Virus record (IMG/VR): IMGVR_UViG_3300010885_072825
Span: 75,591 to 139,590 of that record
Origin: a virus
DNA: 64,000 nucleotides
Direction: 5' to 3' (one strand)
Position numbers and translations under genes: made by a program. Positions within the stretch are counted from its first letter, which is position 1. The number at the start of each line of letters is the position of its first letter. Shown piece after piece: positions 58,001-64,000 of this stretch. The notes under the pieces are model-generated. The model searched no databases and had not been told where the DNA came from. It saw nothing but the letters and a program-made list of their open reading frames with translations.

Positions 58001-58756
58001 TCAATTATCACCAGCAATGGGATCAGTTATAACAATAGTACCATCCGCGCGCTTCATAAAATTACCACGATGCAAATCCCAGTCAAAACCCGAAGGCACA
58101 AATAAGGTTAGAGTAGGATAAATCTGATCCAAGAATTCCAATGATGATTTTAATTGAGTTTCTTTACCAATCAACTTTAGGCCAGGGTCCTGTTGAATAT
58201 CGTTCAATTTCACGTCTCTTTGAATATAATCAGCTATTTCTGACTTGTCAGGTAGTTTGAAAGTTTCTTGATCTGATAGTCTATGATACAAAAATCGAAT
58301 CTTTTGATTGAATTCCGTCTGGCTAATTTCTGTCAGTGGTTCCATAACCAAACAACACAACTTCTCACCCGAAGGCGTAGTAAACAGCACACGCGGTGGG
58401 AATCGAAGTTTGGGAAGCAGTATTACTGGTTTATTTTGATTGGTCGCAATTACACGAGCAGTGAAATCATAAGCCGGGTCAGCTATCCAAATTTTAACTG
58501 CATAGGAACGACCATTTGGTTGAAATGCTAATCCATAAGAACCCATTCCCAATACATTGAATTGGTCAGACTGCTGTATTAACCACCGCAATTTAACCAT
58601 CAAGTTAGATCTTGCCAAACTCACTGAATTACTTGTTGTTAGCGATTCTTGAAAAGTAGCTAACAAATCTTTCAACTCTGAAAAACTACTGGGACTGATC
58701 AATCCCTTCAATCTCTGTTCTTCAATTCGATTGATATAATACTGGAGATGTTTCAT
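58001..58756 (-). CDS. Ser/Thr protein kinase (T7 gp0.7-like)
   Basis: LGMGSYG, AVKI, DLHRGNFM, ITDP. Confidence 0.8.
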   Translation of the reverse strand: MKHLQYYINRIEEQRLKGLISPSSFSELKDLLATFQESLTTSNSVSLARSNLMVKLRWLIQQSDQFNVLGMGSYGLAFQPNGRSYAVKIWIADPAYDFTARVIATNQNKPVILLPKLRFPPRVLFTTPSGEKLCCLVMEPLTEISQTEFNQKIRFLYHRLSDQETFKLPDKSEIADYIQRDVKLNDIQQDPGLKLIGKETQLKSSLEFLDQIYPTLTLFVPSGFDWDLHRGNFMKRADGTIVITDPIAGDN

Positions 58757-58784
58757 CACTTATTTATTTTAAAGTTGACAACTG

Positions 58785-58812
58785 TTGACATGTGACAAAT
58801 GATTGGTATAAT
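58785..58812 (+). promoter_or_regulatory. Sigma70-type promoter
   Basis: TTGACA-N16-TATAAT. Confidence 0.65.
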
Positions 58813-58837
58813 TATAACAACTAGAGAAAGATTCCAA

Positions 58838-60712
58838 ATGAATCCCGAATTAAAACAACAAATAATTGATATCATAAAATCCAACAAACCAGACGGTGTT
58901 GTGACCAGACTTAAACATATTCCCGAGTTGTGGAATGAAATTATCACAAACATTCCCAACCTGTCTTATGATAATCAAGCACACAAAATATACCATTATG
59001 TGAACGAGTTAGCAGAAATCAAGAAATGCCCATGCGGCAAACCGGTGTCATTTCAAAGTCTAGTATTTGGATACCGGGAATTTTGTTCAGCCAATTGTAG
59101 TTTTGCAAAAGAAGCTGCAACAAATCGACGTATTGCAAAAATGCAGGCCAATGGCGGAGTGGGACTGGCCAATCCCAAAACTCGAGCCAAACAGCAAAAT
59201 AAGGTGTCGAACACTATCAATGCCAATCAATTATCACCTTCTGAAAACCACACAGATGAAACTATACGTGAAAAGATTTTAGAAATATTCACTAAAACCC
59301 CCAAACAATATAGCAGTGTAATAAAAAATGATCCTGTTATCTGGCCTTGGGTATTGAAAAATAACAAATTACAAGGAAATTCTGACTCAATTGCGGCAAA
59401 AATTTACAGTGCATATTATAATGAATCTGATGTTTGTCCAACAGGAAATCTAAAGAAATTCGATCGTTGGTCATCTGGGTTTACTGGATGCGGGGCGGCA
59501 AATATTTGTGCCTGTACTCAAGAATCAATATCAAAAAATGTAACATTGACTAAGTCAAAATATGACGACAATAAACGCAAGAAAATAAAAACTTTGAAAG
59601 ATCAAACAATGATCTCGAAATATGGAGTCGCACATAATCTACAACGGGAAGATGTTAAAGAAAAATTAAGAGCGCCGAAAGTGCCAATTGAAATACATGA
59701 TAAATTATCAGATTATAGTTGGATGAAAACAGAATATGTCGATAATCAAAGATCAGCTGCTGATATTTCAAATGATTTAAAAGTACATTACACAACAGTA
59801 ATTGACTATTGTAGAAAACATGAATTTCGCATCAGGAAACACAGCAAGTATTCTGTTGAAGAAAGACAAATATCACAATATCTAAATGAGTTAGGAATTG
59901 ATCATGAAACCAATGACCGATCTGTTTTAAAGAATTTAGAATTTGATATACTAATCAGAGATAAACATATAGCAATTGAAATGAATGGAGTACGCTGGCA
60001 TGCATATGATCCCAATTTTAAAAATCCTGAAGGTTTAAAATTAGAAGATCCAAATCGGCATCTACAAAAATCTAAATTGGCGGCAGACCTTGGCATTTTC
60101 TTGATTCACGTAACTGATCTCGAATGGAATAATAAACGAGAAATTATTAAATCATTGTTGAAAGATAATTTGGGGTTGTCTAAAAAAATCAATGCTGTAA
60201 ATTATAACATCAAAAATATTTCTAAAGAAATAGCACAGCAATTTTTAGAAACAAATCATATACAAGGATCGAGTAATAGTTCAATTCAATTAGGGTTATA
60301 TCTTAATAATGAATTATACATGGTATTGACAGCATATAAATCGAATATAGGTGATAATTCCATAATAGTTGATCGAATATGTGCAAAGCTAGATATAGAC
60401 ATCATGAACGGGCCAGAACACCTAATAAATTATTTGACACAAAACATAAATTATAAAATTTTTATACACTGTGATATTCAAAAATCAAATGGTAGTGAAT
60501 TCAATCAGATTGGTCTCAATTTAACAGCTATATCTAATCCAAATTATTTTTGGACAGACATGAAACGTATTATTTCAAAAGAAGAAGCTACATCAACAGA
60601 ATTTATAAAAAAGTTAAAATACTTCGATCCCATGCTCAATGAAGAACAGAATATGTGGAATAACAAATATGCAAGGTACCATGATTGTGGAAATTTTATT
60701 TTCACAATCTGA
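58838..60712 (+). CDS. Hef-like putative homing endonuclease
   Basis: Zn-ribbon CPCG..FCS..C, TMISKYGV, EFDILI...IAIEMNG..WH, FLETNHIQG, HDCG; antisense to the capsid operon. Confidence 0.75.
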   Translation: MNPELKQQIIDIIKSNKPDGVVTRLKHIPELWNEIITNIPNLSYDNQAHKIYHYVNELAEIKKCPCGKPVSFQSLVFGYREFCSANCSFAKEAATNRRIAKMQANGGVGLANPKTRAKQQNKVSNTINANQLSPSENHTDETIREKILEIFTKTPKQYSSVIKNDPVIWPWVLKNNKLQGNSDSIAAKIYSAYYNESDVCPTGNLKKFDRWSSGFTGCGAANICACTQESISKNVTLTKSKYDDNKRKKIKTLKDQTMISKYGVAHNLQREDVKEKLRAPKVPIEIHDKLSDYSWMKTEYVDNQRSAADISNDLKVHYTTVIDYCRKHEFRIRKHSKYSVEERQISQYLNELGIDHETNDRSVLKNLEFDILIRDKHIAIEMNGVRWHAYDPNFKNPEGLKLEDPNRHLQKSKLAADLGIFLIHVTDLEWNNKREIIKSLLKDNLGLSKKINAVNYNIKNISKEIAQQFLETNHIQGSSNSSIQLGLYLNNELYMVLTAYKSNIGDNSIIVDRICAKLDIDIMNGPEHLINYLTQNINYKIFIHCDIQKSNGSEFNQIGLNLTAISNPNYFWTDMKRIISKEEATSTEFIKKLKYFDPMLNEEQNMWNNKYARYHDCGNFIFTI

Positions 60713-60803
60713 TTTTTTTAGAAAAATAGTTGACTTCGTATGGCATATGTTGCATAATCAGTACAATAAAAGGGGTTTGCAGATGAACTAATTGATATGA
60801 AGA

Positions 60804-60829
60804 AAATCCCAGGATTTCTCCTGGGATTT
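60804..60829 (-). terminator. Terminator after the major capsid gene
   Basis: AAATCCCAGGA..TCCTGGGATTT. Confidence 0.75.
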
Positions 60830-60858
60830 AGTTGAAAAAATATTATGTCTTTGAAATT

Positions 60859-62061
60859 TTATAAGAATTTCAAATTGGTTGTGTTCAGAGCAATACCGGC
60901 AAGGTAGTCGGCTGCATTGCCTAGTGAACTTGCAGTGTTGCTTAGTTCAATATAACCATATCTAGACATAAAGGAAACGACTGGTTCGAACGTGTTCGGA
61001 TCAATCACAACCCCTGAGCTGGTTAAGGGGATGAAGGGCGCGTAATAGGCGGCCGCGTCAATTTCTCCGGCGCCCTTATAACCAACCAATACAGGTGTGT
61101 TATCAGCAGCATATTGGTCAACATAAACGCGCATACTGTTGTTCAAAACGCCAACAAACTTTGTGTTAGTTGGTGCTTCAAAAGTACCTTCAGTTGTACG
61201 AGCAAAAGCTGAAGTTGTCGCTGATTGCAGTACGGTTAGAGCAGTTGGGCTAACAACTACCCAGTTACCTGCGCCACGACGGGTACGTGCAGCAATCAAG
61301 TTAGCACCACGATTGATTAGAACCGCTAGAGCAGCGTGTTCGTCACCAACGTAGGTAGCTGTACCACTAACTGAACCTTGGTCATATGTTAGTGTAGTAC
61401 CAGCTAGGGTACGTAGGCTAACCAGGATTTCTTGGTCGATTTCAGCAGTAATTTCTTGTGCAAGTGCTGCCATGATTTCAGCTTCGATGTCAATCCCTTG
61501 TTGAGCTTGTGCATCTTGCACAGCTTCAAAGGTCCAACGAGCTGATAGACGGCGTGTCTTAGCTTCAACGGTTTCACGTAGAACTTGGATGTTCAAGCGC
61601 TTACCAGCAGTACCTTCTAGAACGCTAACAGGAGCAGCTTTTGGAGTTGTGCTGTTACCGTTACCAGAATAGTAACGTGCGATTTCGAATGGGCTAAGTG
61701 CTTCAGCGCCAGCTACTGTAGCAGTAGGTGAACCAAAAGCGTCAGCATAACGAACGCGCAGTGTGTGGATTTGACCAACTGGACCGGTCATTGGTTGAAC
61801 GCCGATGATTTCGTTGGCAATAACAGTTGGCATAACTCGACGAATAACAGGCAGGATCACTTTGTTAAGTGTTGCGATGTTACCAGCGCCAGTTGCACCA
61901 GCTGTGGCAGATTCCATTAGCATACCAGCATTGCGAGTAGCCATGTCTTGTTTTGTATTTTCTAGGATTACTTCCATTACTCGCTTACGATTGCCGCTTA
62001 GGCCGTCGCAGAGAGCAGTTTTATAAGCACCCCATCGTGATTCGAAAAGATTTTGTTTCAT
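60859..62061 (-). CDS. Major capsid protein (T4 gp23-like)
   Basis: RRVMP..IA.EIIGVQPMTGP.G, EAKTRRLSARWT.E..QD, YAPFIPL, RYG. Confidence 0.95.
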   Translation of the reverse strand: MKQNLFESRWGAYKTALCDGLSGNRKRVMEVILENTKQDMATRNAGMLMESATAGATGAGNIATLNKVILPVIRRVMPTVIANEIIGVQPMTGPVGQIHTLRVRYADAFGSPTATVAGAEALSPFEIARYYSGNGNSTTPKAAPVSVLEGTAGKRLNIQVLRETVEAKTRRLSARWTFEAVQDAQAQQGIDIEAEIMAALAQEITAEIDQEILVSLRTLAGTTLTYDQGSVSGTATYVGDEHAALAVLINRGANLIAARTRRGAGNWVVVSPTALTVLQSATTSAFARTTEGTFEAPTNTKFVGVLNNSMRVYVDQYAADNTPVLVGYKGAGEIDAAAYYAPFIPLTSSGVVIDPNTFEPVVSFMSRYGYIELSNTASSLGNAADYLAGIALNTTNLKFL

Positions 62062-62064
62062 CTT

Positions 62065-63288
62065 TTAATTCTCCCTAACTTGGTTGTTGAGTCCGGCCAA
62101 ATGTAAAATTTCAGCAACTTCCTTTTGGATGTTCTGATCTTCGGTATTTGATTCTACCAGACGTTGTGAACGATTGCCTGTTGCAACTGTTCGAGTTTGA
62201 ACATTTTCGATCAACTCACGAGGACCGGTGTTCGTTGCTGGACCGTTTACCACAGCCGGCAAATATCGATTGAATGCTTCTTTAAGTTCACCGGTTCTGG
62301 TGTTCTTTAACATTTCAACCATAATAGTTTTCTTTTCACGACTCAGCGGAGCAGTAAGTTCAGTCAGTGTTTCAAGACGACGTGCTCGGTCTTTGGCTTG
62401 AAGTTCTGCGTGTTTTGCTGATTCCACTAGTTGTGTTTTTTCAAGAACCTGTTGTTTGGCTTTGTTGGTTTGCTGTTTTGATTCTTGTAGTTGCTTTTGC
62501 AGTTTCTTAATTTCACTGCCTTCGCTCAAATAGCTGGCCATATATTCGGCTGCTACTGCTTCGAATATTCTGCGTCCAAAGTTATTTTCTCTGGCTGCTC
62601 GAATATCTGATCTCCACTGGGTCAGTTCTCGGCGAATTACTTCGTTCAAAGTCTTGTCCAGGGTTTGTGTCGCGCGTTGAATAAAGCTCTTTTGGCTTTC
62701 TTGTATCTTTTCACGACCTTCAGCCAACATTTTTACACGTTGTTCAACCAGAGCAGTTTTTTCTGCTTCGAATGCGGTCAATTCTTCACTTAGTTGTTGC
62801 AACACAAAAGTTTCCAACTTGTTGATTTTTTCAGACATCAGGTTCTTTTGTTTTGACTCCATGATTGCCAGTTTCTTGGACATGTTTTTACGTTCAAGAA
62901 CCAATTGATTTCTGTCTTTGACAAAACTGCCAATTTCTGATTTCAATTGACGAACAACGAATTCGTTTAGAATTGCTGTTTGTTGTTTGATTTTATTTTC
63001 ATAGAGTCTTTTATTTTTCAGTGTTTCTTTGGTAAATTTTACTCTTTGTTCACTTAGTGATCGCTTGTCTTTATGGAAATCTTCGACTTCCTTTTTAACA
63101 GCTTCACTCAGCATAGTATTCATTGCTTCTACCAATACTGCTTTGTCATGTTGATAACGTGCAGCATAGGTTTCTTGCAATTCAGTTTCTGCTTGTTTTA
63201 CTTTTGAATCAAAAGCTTCTTGTAGTGCTGACTTGACGTCTTCGCCAAGTATTTCACTTTCAAGAAGTTCTGTTAATGCATCTTTCAT
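62065..63288 (-). CDS. Prohead core scaffold protein (gp22-like)
   Basis: Coiled-coil protein between protease and capsid genes; many LxE sites. Confidence 0.8.
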   Translation of the reverse strand: MKDALTELLESEILGEDVKSALQEAFDSKVKQAETELQETYAARYQHDKAVLVEAMNTMLSEAVKKEVEDFHKDKRSLSEQRVKFTKETLKNKRLYENKIKQQTAILNEFVVRQLKSEIGSFVKDRNQLVLERKNMSKKLAIMESKQKNLMSEKINKLETFVLQQLSEELTAFEAEKTALVEQRVKMLAEGREKIQESQKSFIQRATQTLDKTLNEVIRRELTQWRSDIRAARENNFGRRIFEAVAAEYMASYLSEGSEIKKLQKQLQESKQQTNKAKQQVLEKTQLVESAKHAELQAKDRARRLETLTELTAPLSREKKTIMVEMLKNTRTGELKEAFNRYLPAVVNGPATNTGPRELIENVQTRTVATGNRSQRLVESNTEDQNIQKEVAEILHLAGLNNQVREN

Positions 63289-63947
63289 CGGACATTACTC
63301 CTTTTTGTAAAGTTCAAATCTGTCACATAGTTCAGCAAAATCCGTTTCAGGTGTTTTTGAGCGGCGTCATCGTACCTTGCGCATTCTGCTAAATTCAGTG
63401 CTTGTGTACCGTATTTACGACCCATCAGTGCTTCATATACCGGTACTGGATATGCGTTTGGTGCAGATGGGTTAGCCACTATATCAACTGTCAGCATGTC
63501 AAAATCACTGACATCACCTTGTGAATCAACATTGCCTGAGCCACGAGAACTAACTCCCAGCTTGACACCACTTTCCAGCAATGTTTTGATAATATTTCCT
63601 TTGGGAGTTGGCAAAATCTGCAACTTGCCCATACCATTTGAACCATCCATCCACATTTTGGTTATTTTGTGACTGACTCGATCCAAATGAATTTGTAGTT
63701 CCTGTGGATGATCACATTCACCCAAAACGCCATTGTTTTTTTCAATAGCTTCGTTAATTGTGTTAACGGCTTGTTTTATTTCACTGATGGGATATACACG
63801 TCCGTTGTGGTTTCTTTGACCACCTTGAATGAATATACCCTGCATATACATCTTTTTTTCTGATGTATCCTTGTCTGATTCAGTCAGAACTTCAGCCTGA
63901 GCATTGTCAAATGTCAGATGTTCAACTAGAACAGTCGGGTGTTTCAT
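63285..63947 (-). CDS. Prohead protease (T4 gp21-like)
   Basis: N.NGRVYP, GE.DHP, VSHKI, PTPKG, GVSSRGSG, DIVANPSAP. Confidence 0.93.
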   Translation of the reverse strand: MKHPTVLVEHLTFDNAQAEVLTESDKDTSEKKMYMQGIFIQGGQRNHNGRVYPISEIKQAVNTINEAIEKNNGVLGECDHPQELQIHLDRVSHKITKMWMDGSNGMGKLQILPTPKGNIIKTLLESGVKLGVSSRGSGNVDSQGDVSDFDMLTVDIVANPSAPNAYPVPVYEALMGRKYGTQALNLAECARYDDAAQKHLKRILLNYVTDLNFTKRSNVR

Positions 63948-63976
63948 TAGTTTCCTTTGATAATTTCTATCATTGA

Positions 63977-63983
63977 TATTTAT
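63977..63983 (-). promoter_or_regulatory. T4-type late promoter (ATAAATA) for the head operon
   Basis: Same motif found upstream of about 20 genes in the window. Confidence 0.75.
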
Positions 63984-64000
63984 GACAAAAATTAAAAAAG

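Noticed and set aside
1461-62026. Many short antisense or alternate-frame ORFs inside long genes (e.g. 37778-38233, 48385-48747, 61139-61354)
   Set aside because: They are fully nested in well-supported genes and have no RBS or motifs.
1-64000. tRNA or rRNA genes
   Set aside because: No cloverleaf or T-loop signature was recognised by eye in intergenic gaps; tRNAscan-SE or ARAGORN would be needed to exclude them.

Overview
A 64-kb segment of a large, AT-rich, T4-related jumbo myophage genome in the standard genetic code, with most genes on the minus strand. The host is probably an alphaproteobacterium, inferred from the RpoD, DnaK, SleB-like hydrolase and ROSE-like element. The right end holds the head module (gp21 protease, gp22 scaffold, gp23 capsid). 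The middle holds neck and tail-completion genes, tail fibres, a GH19 lysin and spanins. The left and centre are accessory genes: MoxR/vWA, RNase H, QueE, heme oxygenase plus bilin reductase, AlkB, an atypical PurA, Thg1, a GH5 cellulase, NAMPT plus NadM-Nudix, RpoD, ThyA/DHFR, DnaK and UvsE. Main observations: (1) a 1548-aa protein next to the head genes is made of 12 modules of two types, nearly all joined at prohead-protease-type L/I-x-E sites, suggesting a packaged and cleaved polyprotein of injected effectors, and its 418-aa neighbour is built the same way; (2) several late genes with ATAAATA promoters, some probably leaderless, have capsid-targeting-like N-termini; (3) a TnpB-only element with its own phage late promoter splits a phage gene that can be reconstructed; (4) several cis-RNA structures occur, including a ROSE-like thermometer on dnaK, Shine-Dalgarno-in-loop hairpins and a structured vWA leader. 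All calls come from reading motifs by eye; no database searches were run.
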